DNA of 64,000 nucleotides from an uncultured Acidobacteriaceae bacterium (GTDB taxonomy: Bacteria; Acidobacteriota; Terriglobia; Terriglobales; Acidobacteriaceae): contig CAVTPN010000001.1 in NCBI GenBank assembly GCA_963736535.1, forward strand, positions 153,789-217,788, given 5' to 3'. Below the pieces are notes generated by a model that saw only the letters and a list, made by a program, of their open reading frames with translations, had not been told where the DNA came from and made no database searches. Both the position numbers and the translations under genes were made by a program. Shown piece by piece: positions 49,268 through 58,514 of the stretch (the first letter of the stretch is position 1; every line of letters starts with the position of its first letter).

Positions 49268-52200
49268 ATGGCTCACATGTTGCGTGCAACGCTGCTGATG
49301 GTCACAGCCCTGCTCTTATGGGATACAACCGCCTTTGCGCAATCTTCCTCCTCGGTGCGGGGCACGATTACCGAGCAGTCGGGGAGCGTGGTCCCGGGTG
49401 CGTCGGTCGCACTCTCCAATCCGCAAACCAGCTTCAGCCGCACGGTTCATTCTGCAGCAGACGGCGTGTATCAATTTCCTAACGTCCCGCCAGGAATCTA
49501 TTCGCTCACTGTGAATGCCTCGGGCTTTGAAGCGGCCAAGCTGGATAATTTGCACCTTCTGGTCAATACGCCGGCAACCGCCGACATTGCTTTGCATATA
49601 GGCACCCAGGTCAACACGGTCACCGTAACGGGGGAGGCGCAGACCCTCAATACGGAAGATGCGACAGTAGGCAATGCCTTCGAGGCGCAGCAGATCCAGC
49701 AACTGCCGATTGAGTCGAGGAACGTGGTCGACCTGCTAAGCCTACAGCCGGGGGTTAGCTACCTCGGCAATCGGACAGATATCAACCTGAACGAGGATAC
49801 GCGCAGCGGGGCCGTGAACGGGGCGCGCAGCGATCAGACGATCGTGACCCTGGATGGAGTCGACGTAACCGACCAGGCCAACGGCTATGCGTTTACTTCG
49901 GTTCTACGCACCACCCCCGACGCGCTGGAAGAATTTCGTGTTACCACCTCGAACCCCACCGCTGCCGATGGCAATTCCTCTGGCGCGCAGGTGGCGCTGT
50001 TGACCAAGAGCGGAGGTAACGCATTTCACGGTGCCTTTTACGAATACCTTCGCAACACGGCGACCAGTGCGAATGATTATTTTGTGAAGCAGTCTCAGGT
50101 CAATAGCGGGTTACCGAACAAGGCCCCGCAGCTCAATCGCAACCTCTTTGGTGTGGCCGCGGGCGGGCCTATCAAGAAAGACAAACTCTTCTTCTTCCTT
50201 AACTACGAGGGACGGCGGGATGCGCAGAAGGATAGCGTGGTCACCACCGTGCCCACTGCAACCCTTCGTGCGGGCTCAGTCCTGTACACAAACAGTACCG
50301 GCGGCGTGACCACGGCAACGGCCCAGAACCTGCAAAGCTGGGATCCACTCGGCATCGGTCCCAATGCCGCCATGCTGCAGTACTTCAATACCTTTCCTCT
50401 TCCCAACGATAACTCAGTGGGCGACGGATTAAACTTCTCTGGCTACCGCTTTGCCGGTTCAGCGCCAGCCACCTATAACGTGTATATCGCCCGCTTCGAT
50501 TACAAGCTGGATGCTGCAGGCAACCACACGCTGTTCGCTCGTGGGAGCATGCAGAATGATTACGTCAATTCACCTCCTTACCTGCCCGGCCTGGCGCCGG
50601 AAACAGTCACCGAAGATCGCAGCAAGGGGTTCGGGCTCGGATACACCGCGGCTCTCAAGCCAACGCTGGTCAATGACCTCCGTTTCGGGTTGACCCGCGC
50701 CAGTATAGGCAACCTCGGCGACAGCCAGGCGCCCTTTCTCGGGATTAATAACATCAGCGGCGGTATTACCCGCTCCAGCTCCGTCACCCTGCCGGTTTAC
50801 GACATCAACGACAGCGTCTCCTGGACGAAAGGAGCGCACACCATCCAATTTGGCGGCAACTTTGAGTACATCCGCGATAACACCGTGAGCCAGAACAACT
50901 CATTCAGCCAAGCCAGCTTAGCGACGACTTACATCGATACCGGTGGCTTCGCAGGAACAGGCAGTCCCTTTGATCCCGCAGCTAACGGATTTCCAGCCGT
51001 GAGCCCGAACTTTACTTACTCCTACGATCAGGCGGCCTTTGATGCTCTCGGCATCATCACCGATGTGACCGCCAACTACAACTACACCAAGAGTGGCAGC
51101 GTGCAGCCCCAGGGCGCCGCGGTCAAACGTAACTACTCGATGACGCAGTATGACTTCTTCCTGCAGGACTCTTTCCGGGTAAAGTCGAACCTCACCATCA
51201 ACTTTGGCGTGCGCTACCAGCTCGAATCGCCGCCGACCGAGATCAATGGGTTGCAGGTCGCATCCACCATGCCGTTAGGGCGGTGGGCGGCGCTCAGGGA
51301 AGCGAATATGGCGAAGGGCATTCCATCGAATGCCGATCCGACCATCGAGTATGTGTTGGGTGGATCGAAGAATAATGGCCCTCCGTTTTACAACTGGAGT
51401 TACAAGAACCTGGCGCCGCGGGTCTCCATCGCCTACTCTCCAACCCCTAAGACCACGGTGCGCACCGGGTTTGCCATGGCCTACGATCACTTCGGTGCGG
51501 AGCTGATCAATAGCTTTGGGCAGTACGGTTCCTTCGGCCTCTCAACCACCCTGCAGACTCCACTCGGATCGCAGGACGTCACTTGCGCTCCTCGCGTAAC
51601 CAGCCTGACGGCAATTCCCACGAATGGCTGTCCCAGTGTAGCCAACGGATTGATCATGCTGCCCGCGCCACCCGGAGGTTTCCCTCAGACGCCCCCAGTA
51701 GGATTTGACGCGGGCGGATTCTCCGGCGGCTTCAGCCTGGATCAAAACCTGAAGACTCCTTATGTCTACATGCTGAATCTCTCGGTGGCGCGCGAGCTAT
51801 CTTCGAGTTCGTCGCTGGAGGTCACCTACCTGGGGCGCCTGGCGCATCGCCTGGAGTCGATCAACGATTTTGCCCAGCCGATGAACCTGGTCGATCCACA
51901 ATCAGGCGTCGACTACTTTACTGCCATGTCGCGCCTTTCGACACTTGCCCGGCAGGGGGTGCCTTTATCGCAGATATCGCCGGCCACGGTCGGAGCGACC
52001 TCGGCTTACTGGGAGGATCTATTTCAGCCCATCACGCAATCCAGCCCAACGGATGCCTGTGGTCCAGGGCAGTGTTCGGCTTTGCAGGCCATCTACTCGA
52101 TGGAACAGATCTACCTCTATAACGAAACCTTCATTCCGTATTTCCTCGACATCCCTGGTTTCATTTGTCCCAATGGCTGTAGCTCATTGGGCCCTTATAC

Positions 52201-53026
52201 CTACTACGATCCGCAATTCTATTCTCTGAATGGCTGGCAATCGGTGGGCGGCGCGAACTACAACGCGTTGCAAGTGACCTTTCGCAAGCGGCCGGCACAC
52301 GGACTCTCTTTCGATCTGAACTACAGCTTCTCCAGGTCGCTCGATTTGACCTCCGCTGCGGCGCGCGTCAACCCGACCAATGGCCTCGTGCCCGCCAACA
52401 TTATCAACGCGTTCTCTCCCAGCCAGATGTACGCGGTCTCCGACTTCGACATGACCCAGCAGTTCAACGCCAACTGGGTGGCGGAACTGCCGTTTGGCCA
52501 CGGAAAACGCTACGCCGCCGACACTCCTGGCTGGGTGGATGCGGTGATTGGTGGTTGGCAGTTTTCCGGCATCTACCGGCTTACCAGCGGACTGCCCTTC
52601 TCTGTCAGCAACGGCATCAATCTACCCACCAACGGCGCCAATGCCGGCTATGGCACCCAGATAGCACCGATCCAAGCGGGGAAGGATACCAAGGCAAGCA
52701 ATGGCCAGGTGCTCATGTTCAAGAATCCGACTGCTGCCTTCAACGCTTATGAATTTACTTATCCTGGACAATCAGGGAGCCGTAACACCGTGCGCGGCGA
52801 TGGATTCCTGGGCTGGGATTCTGCTTTGAGTAAGCGTTGGACCATGCCGTGGAACGACGGGCAGTCTCTGCAATTTCGCTGGGAAGTGTTCAACGTGGGC
52901 AACTTCACTCGCTTCAACGTCAACTCCAATCAGCCCTCCCTGACAAACTCAACGAATTTTGGTACCTATACAGGGTTACTCACCAACCCGCGTGTGATGC
53001 AGTTTGCACTGCGCTACGAGTTCTGA
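49268..53026 (+). CDS. TonB-dependent receptor with N-terminal carboxypeptidase-regulatory-like domain
   Basis: Signal peptide MAHMLRATLLMVTALLLWDTTAFAQ. CarboxypepD_reg domain (VRGTITEQSGSVVPGASVALSN...DGVYQFPNVPPGIYSLTV). Plug (LPIESRNVVDLLSLQPGV). Long barrel ending in the OMP signature ...FALRYEF. The track ORF start at 49004 is rejected. Confidence 0.9.
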   Translation: MAHMLRATLLMVTALLLWDTTAFAQSSSSVRGTITEQSGSVVPGASVALSNPQTSFSRTVHSAADGVYQFPNVPPGIYSLTVNASGFEAAKLDNLHLLVNTPATADIALHIGTQVNTVTVTGEAQTLNTEDATVGNAFEAQQIQQLPIESRNVVDLLSLQPGVSYLGNRTDINLNEDTRSGAVNGARSDQTIVTLDGVDVTDQANGYAFTSVLRTTPDALEEFRVTTSNPTAADGNSSGAQVALLTKSGGNAFHGAFYEYLRNTATSANDYFVKQSQVNSGLPNKAPQLNRNLFGVAAGGPIKKDKLFFFLNYEGRRDAQKDSVVTTVPTATLRAGSVLYTNSTGGVTTATAQNLQSWDPLGIGPNAAMLQYFNTFPLPNDNSVGDGLNFSGYRFAGSAPATYNVYIARFDYKLDAAGNHTLFARGSMQNDYVNSPPYLPGLAPETVTEDRSKGFGLGYTAALKPTLVNDLRFGLTRASIGNLGDSQAPFLGINNISGGITRSSSVTLPVYDINDSVSWTKGAHTIQFGGNFEYIRDNTVSQNNSFSQASLATTYIDTGGFAGTGSPFDPAANGFPAVSPNFTYSYDQAAFDALGIITDVTANYNYTKSGSVQPQGAAVKRNYSMTQYDFFLQDSFRVKSNLTINFGVRYQLESPPTEINGLQVASTMPLGRWAALREANMAKGIPSNADPTIEYVLGGSKNNGPPFYNWSYKNLAPRVSIAYSPTPKTTVRTGFAMAYDHFGAELINSFGQYGSFGLSTTLQTPLGSQDVTCAPRVTSLTAIPTNGCPSVANGLIMLPAPPGGFPQTPPVGFDAGGFSGGFSLDQNLKTPYVYMLNLSVARELSSSSSLEVTYLGRLAHRLESINDFAQPMNLVDPQSGVDYFTAMSRLSTLARQGVPLSQISPATVGATSAYWEDLFQPITQSSPTDACGPGQCSALQAIYSMEQIYLYNETFIPYFLDIPGFICPNGCSSLGPYTYYDPQFYSLNGWQSVGGANYNALQVTFRKRPAHGLSFDLNYSFSRSLDLTSAAARVNPTNGLVPANIINAFSPSQMYAVSDFDMTQQFNANWVAELPFGHGKRYAADTPGWVDAVIGGWQFSGIYRLTSGLPFSVSNGINLPTNGANAGYGTQIAPIQAGKDTKASNGQVLMFKNPTAAFNAYEFTYPGQSGSRNTVRGDGFLGWDSALSKRWTMPWNDGQSLQFRWEVFNVGNFTRFNVNSNQPSLTNSTNFGTYTGLLTNPRVMQFALRYEF

Positions 53027-53040
53027 GAAAAAGGATACCC

Positions 53041-54495
53041 ATGCGGTCTATGAGAGAACTCCTCATCCTGATTCTGTTGTGTCTTGGCTTTGCGCCGGCA
53101 GGCAGGGCGCAGACCCTGGCTCTTACCGGTGCGACCATCATCGATGGCAATGGCGGTGCCCCAATCCATGACGGAGTCATCGTCGTTAAGGACAAGCGGA
53201 TTGTTGCTGTGGGCCCGCGTGGGTCTGTCTCTGTGCCCGCCGGCGCGCGCGAGGTGAAACTAGGCGGCAAATACATCGTTCCTGGCTTGATGGATGCCAA
53301 TGTTCACTTTGTCTCCTGGCCGGGCTGGGAACATATAGAGTTTCTGGCCCGCTACGAGAACAACTTCGATGGCCTGGTAGAAGAGGCAGCGCAGGTCGCT
53401 TTGAAATACGGATTTACTACCGTCTTCGACTCAATGGGGCCCATGGATCCGCTCATGCGGGTGCGCGATCGCATCAATCGCGGGGAAATCCCGGGCAGCC
53501 GGATGTATATTGCCGGAGACATCGTGGGCTTTCGCGCGGTCTTTACCACGTCGGCCTCCATGGAGGCGGCGACCCCCGCATTCCAGAAGCGCATCAATGC
53601 CATGTTTGAGAAGAACGGCGGCCCGGACCTATCCTGGAAAACGCCTGACCAGGTTCGTGAGGAGATGACTAAGTACGTGGCGCTGGGGGTCGACTTTGTG
53701 AAGTACGGCGCCAACGGCGATGGCAGGCCGATCAACAGCTCAACCGGAGAAGAAAACGTGTTGCGCTTCACCCCGGAGCAGCAGCGAGCGATGGTCGAGG
53801 CGGTGCACGCCGCAGGCAAGATCATTCAAACCCACCAGGAGTCGGCCGAGGGCCTGAAATCCGTGTTGGACGCCGGCGTGGACATGGCACAACACTGTTC
53901 CATCACACACGCTTCGCGTATTGATGATGCCACCATTCAGCGCATGCTCGATAAGAAGTTCTACTGCGGAACCCAGTGGAGACTACTCACGGACGCAGAG
54001 AAGGAACAGGTGCGCGACAACAAGTTTCGCGGATCCGATGCGGACAACGGCAAGGAACATGTAAGTTACAACCTGGAGAACGAGGTTCGCCTTATCAAGG
54101 CAGGAGTGCCCCTTTTGGTGTCGACCGACGCCAGCGTACTCGATCCCGATATCACCGCTGCGGGAGGTTTTGTGGGCACCCCGCTGGGTGAAGGCGAATT
54201 TCTGGATATGCGGGCGATGCATCAGCGAGGCATGACCAACATGGCGATCCTGCAGGGGGCCACCAGGAACATTGCGGCGGCCTATCATAAACTGGATCAG
54301 ATTGGGACCCTCGAACCCGGCAAAATGGCCGACCTGGTGGTTCTCGACGCTGACCCTTTGGAAGATATTGAGAACGTACGCAAGATGTCACTGGTCATGA
54401 AGGAGGGAAGTATCATTGACACCGCTGCGCTGCCGCTCCATCCGATTTTGACCTCCCCCGAAGCCACCAATCCAGGCGCTGTGCGCATGAAATAG
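53041..54495 (+). CDS. Exported amidohydrolase-superfamily protein (variant metal motif)
   Basis: Signal peptide MRSMRELLILILLCLGFAPAGRAQ. LTGATIIDGNGGAPI.DGVIVVKDKRIVAVG...YIVPGLMDANVHF, where NVH replaces the usual HxH. Later H and STDA motifs are present. ATG 53041 lies 12 nt after the receptor stop. Confidence 0.8.
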   Translation: MRSMRELLILILLCLGFAPAGRAQTLALTGATIIDGNGGAPIHDGVIVVKDKRIVAVGPRGSVSVPAGAREVKLGGKYIVPGLMDANVHFVSWPGWEHIEFLARYENNFDGLVEEAAQVALKYGFTTVFDSMGPMDPLMRVRDRINRGEIPGSRMYIAGDIVGFRAVFTTSASMEAATPAFQKRINAMFEKNGGPDLSWKTPDQVREEMTKYVALGVDFVKYGANGDGRPINSSTGEENVLRFTPEQQRAMVEAVHAAGKIIQTHQESAEGLKSVLDAGVDMAQHCSITHASRIDDATIQRMLDKKFYCGTQWRLLTDAEKEQVRDNKFRGSDADNGKEHVSYNLENEVRLIKAGVPLLVSTDASVLDPDITAAGGFVGTPLGEGEFLDMRAMHQRGMTNMAILQGATRNIAAAYHKLDQIGTLEPGKMADLVVLDADPLEDIENVRKMSLVMKEGSIIDTAALPLHPILTSPEATNPGAVRMK

Positions 54496-54603
54496 GCAAC
54501 GCCCCACTTAACAATTAAGACAAGTCATCATGAAAGACGGCAAGAAAGTGTGCTGGGCCAAAAAGGGCTTGGTTGTATCGGCACATGCCTCTGCTCAAAT
54601 CGA

Positions 54604-55590
54604 ATGGAGCCAACCGATATGGCCAAGGTAATCGACACCCGCCACAAACTTAAACAGCTTGCCGAACCGCATCCCATGCCGATCGATGCGCTCGATTATC
54701 CGCGCTTTGCGGGGATCGCCACGTTTATGCGGCTTCCGCATATCCCGGACGAGAGCCGGTTAGATGTAGCGCTCATCGGCGTTCCCTACGACGGCGGCAC
54801 TACGTATCGAACGGGCCCCCGGTTTGGCCCCCGTCGCATTCGAGAGCAGTCGGCGATCATCAGGCCCTATCATCCGGTGCTTGACCTTAGTCCTTTTGAG
54901 CGGCTGCGTGTTGCCGACTACGGAGATCTGTCGGTCAACCCGATCTCGATCGAGGATACCTTCCAGAAAATTACTGCGGGCTTAGCGCCGATTCTTGAAG
55001 CCGGCACTGTGCCCATGTGCGTCGGTGGCGATCACTCAATCTTGTTGCCGATTCTGCGGGCGATCCACGCTGCTCACGGACCGGTTGGGCTCATCCAACT
55101 GGATGCGCACTCCGACACCTGGGACCAATATTGGGGTATGAAGTATTCTCACGGAACGCCCGTGCGCCGCGCCATCGAGGAAGGCTTGTTAGCTGAGCCG
55201 AACATCCTGCAGATCGGCTTGCGCGGTCAGCTCTATGACGCCAACGATTTGGACTATGCGCGTGAGCGCAAGATCATGATGGTTACGGCGGAAGAGTTCC
55301 ATGAACACGGGCTACCGCTCATCCGCGAGAAGCTGAAGGCATTCAAGGGCATCAAAACATACCTCAGTCTCGATATCGACGTGGTTGATCCGGCATTTGC
55401 TCCGGGAACCGGCACTCCCCAGGTCGGAGGTCTTTCCAGCATGCAAATCCTGAACCTGGTACGCGCATTGCGGGGCCTGGACTATGTGGGCTCTGATTTG
55501 GTGGAGGTGTCCCCTCAGTTCGATAGCGCCGACATCACATCCCTGTTGGCGGCGAACCTCCTATTCGAGCAACTCTGTCTCTTTTGTTAG
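54604..55590 (+). CDS. Ureohydrolase (agmatinase/guanidino-acid hydrolase family)
   Basis: All Mn-ligand motifs are present: VGGDHSILLP, LDAHSDTWD, LSLDIDVVDPAFAPGTGTP, SDLVEVSP. The start is ATG 54604 or 54619. Confidence 0.9.
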   Translation: MEPTDMAKVIDTRHKLKQLAEPHPMPIDALDYPRFAGIATFMRLPHIPDESRLDVALIGVPYDGGTTYRTGPRFGPRRIREQSAIIRPYHPVLDLSPFERLRVADYGDLSVNPISIEDTFQKITAGLAPILEAGTVPMCVGGDHSILLPILRAIHAAHGPVGLIQLDAHSDTWDQYWGMKYSHGTPVRRAIEEGLLAEPNILQIGLRGQLYDANDLDYARERKIMMVTAEEFHEHGLPLIREKLKAFKGIKTYLSLDIDVVDPAFAPGTGTPQVGGLSSMQILNLVRALRGLDYVGSDLVEVSPQFDSADITSLLAANLLFEQLCLFC

Positions 55591-55600
55591 TTAAGGACAA

Positions 55601-56002
55601 ATGATGCAAATCGACCTGATCAATCCGGATACGCTCCATCGACCGATAGACAACCTGTACACGCATGTTGTCCGAGCGCAAGGACGCTATCTCTATCGCA
55701 TCGGCGGCCAGGTCGCCATTGGACTGCAATGTGAAAACCTCGGCAAGGGCGACATGCAGGAGCAGCTCAAAGTGGTTTACGAGATGGCGACGCGAGCGCT
55801 CCTGGCGGTGAACCTTACCTGGGCCAACGTGATTCACATCTATACCTTCACGACGGATATGGATGAGTACATGAAGTATGAGAAGCCCATCGCCAAGGCG
55901 GCCTTTGGCGAGAAGCCTCCGGCATCGACCCTGGTGGAAGTGAGGCGGCTGGTGGATCCGGAATGGCTGGTGGAAATCCAGCTGGACGCGATCAGTGACT
56001 GA
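55601..56002 (+). CDS. RidA/YjgF/L-PSP family protein
   Basis: 133 aa. ...YTHVVRAQGRYLYRIGGQVA...VIHIYTFTTDMDEY...PASTLVEVRRLVDPEWLVEI is the family pattern. Confidence 0.75.
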   Translation: MMQIDLINPDTLHRPIDNLYTHVVRAQGRYLYRIGGQVAIGLQCENLGKGDMQEQLKVVYEMATRALLAVNLTWANVIHIYTFTTDMDEYMKYEKPIAKAAFGEKPPASTLVEVRRLVDPEWLVEIQLDAISD

Positions 56003-57504
56003 CGCATCGGTCACCACGGTCGAGCAGCACGGGGTCGAATCCATCCCCGACCAGGACCGCGACTCATCAATTTTTGACTTCATGCGCCTGTGCTGGGGAG
56101 GAGCCAACTCCCTTGCCACCGCGGTGCTGGGCGCGTTCCCCATCATGTTTGGACTTTCTTTCTGGCAGGCCACCGCAGCAGCGGTTCTGGGCGTGGTCAT
56201 CGGTTCGCTCATCCTGGCGCCCATGTCGATTTTCGGTCCTATCAATGGGACGAACAATGCAGTTTCTTCCAGCGCGCACTTCGGGGTTGTCGGCCGGATC
56301 GTCGGCTCCTTTCTGAGTCTTCTCACCGCCATCGCCTTCTTTGCCATTAGCGTCTGGTCGAGTGGTGACGCGGTGGTTGGCGCAGCACGCCTGGTGTTTC
56401 ACATCCGCGGGTCAGACCTTCAGGTTGCCCTGGTGTACGCGGTTTTTGCACTGAGCGTGCTGATTGTTTGTATCTATGGTTTTCGCATGATGCTGTTGGT
56501 CAACAAGATCGCGGTCGTTGCCAGTACCGCCTTGTTCGTCCTGGGCCTGGCTGCTTTTTGGACTCTCTTCGACCCCGGCTATGCCGGATCTGGTCTACGC
56601 TGGGGCGCCCGAGGATTCTGGCCGATCTTCATCAGCTCGGCGTTGATCGTGTTATCGAATCCCATTTCCTTTGGTGCATTTCTCGGGGACTGGACGCGAT
56701 ACCTGCCGCGCAGCACCAGCAAGCCGAAACTCATCACGGCCACGATCGCTGCCCAATGGCTCACCTTGCTTGCCGTTTCTCTTTGGGGTGATTACCGCTT
56801 CGGTCGTTGCCAGGCGTGCCCCGGACTATCTCGCACGCGCCGATTACACGGGCGGCTTGTTGACGGTAGCGCCGGTTTATTTTCTGGCGCCGTTGCTCCT
56901 GCTCGCTGTGTTGAGCGGCATGTCTACCGGGACCACGTCTCTGTATGGAACCGGGCTCGACTTCTCCAGTGTTTTTCCGCGTCTCAGCCGGCCGCGGGCC
57001 ACTTTGTTGATCGGCACCCTGGCTTGCGTGCTTATCTTTGCCGGCCGGTTCTATTTCAGTCTCTTTGGGTCTATTTCGACGTTCGTCTCGCTGATCATCG
57101 TCACGACCACGCCATGGATGGTCATCATGATGATTGGATACGTGGTGCGCCGGGGATTTTATATTCCGGACGCGATGCAGATTTTCAATCGTGGGCAAAC
57201 CGGCGGACCATACTGGTTCAAGGGCGGTTGGAATGTGGCGGGCATGGCCGCGTGGATTCCATCTTCAGTGGTTGCGTTGCTGGCGGTGAATATCCCCGAT
57301 CATTTCGTAGGCTGGCTGGGCAATCTGGCCGGGGGCCTCGATGTATCCTTGGTGGCTGCGCTGGTATTGCCCACCGTGCTTTATCCGTTGTGTCTGAAGT
57401 TGTTTCCAGAGCCGCGAGCCATCTACGGTCCTGAAGGCTCGCGGTTCATAGCTACGGTGGACGTGCCGATTGCGCCGATCGTTGGACCAATGGGTCGAAA
57501 CTGA
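55995..57504 (+). pseudogene. NCS1 family (purine-cytosine/hydantoin-type) permease, one frame break
   Basis: Frame 3: VEQHGVESIPDQDRDSSIFDFMRLCWGGANSLATAVLGAFP... to ...IAAQWLTLLA. Frame 1 continues: FLFGVITASVVARRAPDYL...GMSTGTTSLYGTGLDF...TTTPWMVIMMIGYVV.... The break is at about 56775-56778. The GTG start overlaps the ridA-like stop. Confidence 0.85.
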
Positions 57505-57537
57505 TTGAAGCGTAGCGAAGTGGACCTGCTGTTCCCC
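57505..57537 (+). repeat. REP-like element, partial copy F (right half)
   Basis: TTGAAGCGTAGCGAAGTGGACCTGCTGTTCCCC aligns with GAGCGTAGCGTAGTGGAGGGACCTGCGGTTTCCC of copy C. It follows the permease stop directly. Confidence 0.6.
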
Positions 57538-57572
57538 GCTAGATCTCAAGCAGATCTCAATATGGGGACCCG

Positions 57573-58493
57573 TCAGGAAACCAGCAACCGAGCCTGATCT
57601 CTTGCGCGCCGTAGCGTTTCCACGATGTCGCCAGTAGGGTAAAACTCCATCGCAATCGTACCCTTGTAGCTCAACTGAGCCAGCTTGCGATAAATGTTCA
57701 AGTAGTTGATCTCTCCGGTGCCAGGCTCGTGACGTCCGGGAACGTCGGCGATGTGAATCAAGCCCACCTGGTCAATGTGAGCCTCGAACTTTTCGATCAG
57801 ATTTCCGAACTCCCGCTGCTCGTGATAGACGTCATACAGCACTCTCACGTTGGGGCTGCCCACAGCCTTCGCAATTTCAAAGGCCTCGGTCACGCCATCC
57901 AGGTAGATGGTCGGGTTCTCAATCCGGTCGATGGGTTCGATCACTGCTACCAGGCCCGCGCTGCTAAGCACATCCGCGGCGCGTTTCAGCGCCTCGATAG
58001 ATGCCGTATGCTGGCTCCCGGCGGGGGCGCCCTCGATGCGCTTACCCGAGAGCAGAATAATCTGCTTACACTCCAATCGCTTGGCGGCTGGGATCAGATC
58101 CTTCAGGGCGGTGAGGAACGCATCCCCTCCGGAGGGGTCCGCGAAGCCTGGGCCCACGCCAGAGGTCGCATCCACCGAGATCTTCAACGTCTGCATGCGC
58201 GCGAGGATGCGGCGATAATCATCCTCGGACCATTTCTTGAATTCTCCGACGAGTTCCACGTGGTGGTAGCCAGCCAGCGCAACGCGGTCCAGGTTTTCTT
58301 CGAAGGTGCCGAGTTTGTTCAACGTCCAAATCATGACGGAGAACTGTGTGCTTGCCTGGCCAGAATCGGCCGGCGTCTGTGCGGCGAGGTTTGCAGGTGC
58401 AAGGGCACGGCCAGCTAGCGATGCTGCTGTCATGCCTACGAGAGTCCGGCGAGTGAGCATGCGCTGCATGGTAGCAGAGAACCCTATCCGCAC
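57573..58493 (-). CDS. Tat-exported xylose-isomerase-like TIM-barrel protein (hydroxypyruvate isomerase family)
   Basis: Twin-arginine leader MQRMLTRRTLVGMTAASLAGRALA followed by ...GYHHVELVGEF...IEPID...VLYDVYHEQ...HIADVPGRHEPGTGEINY. Confidence 0.8.
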   Translation of the reverse strand: MRIGFSATMQRMLTRRTLVGMTAASLAGRALAPANLAAQTPADSGQASTQFSVMIWTLNKLGTFEENLDRVALAGYHHVELVGEFKKWSEDDYRRILARMQTLKISVDATSGVGPGFADPSGGDAFLTALKDLIPAAKRLECKQIILLSGKRIEGAPAGSQHTASIEALKRAADVLSSAGLVAVIEPIDRIENPTIYLDGVTEAFEIAKAVGSPNVRVLYDVYHEQREFGNLIEKFEAHIDQVGLIHIADVPGRHEPGTGEINYLNIYRKLAQLSYKGTIAMEFYPTGDIVETLRRARDQARLLVS

Positions 58494-58514
58494 GCACGGC
58501 GCTTGCCGGCCACG

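Noticed and set aside
54530-54631. 33-aa upstream ORF (MKDGKKVCWAKKG...) overlapping the ureohydrolase start
   Set aside because: It has no SD, no recognisable leader-peptide logic and unknown conservation. It is probably fortuitous.
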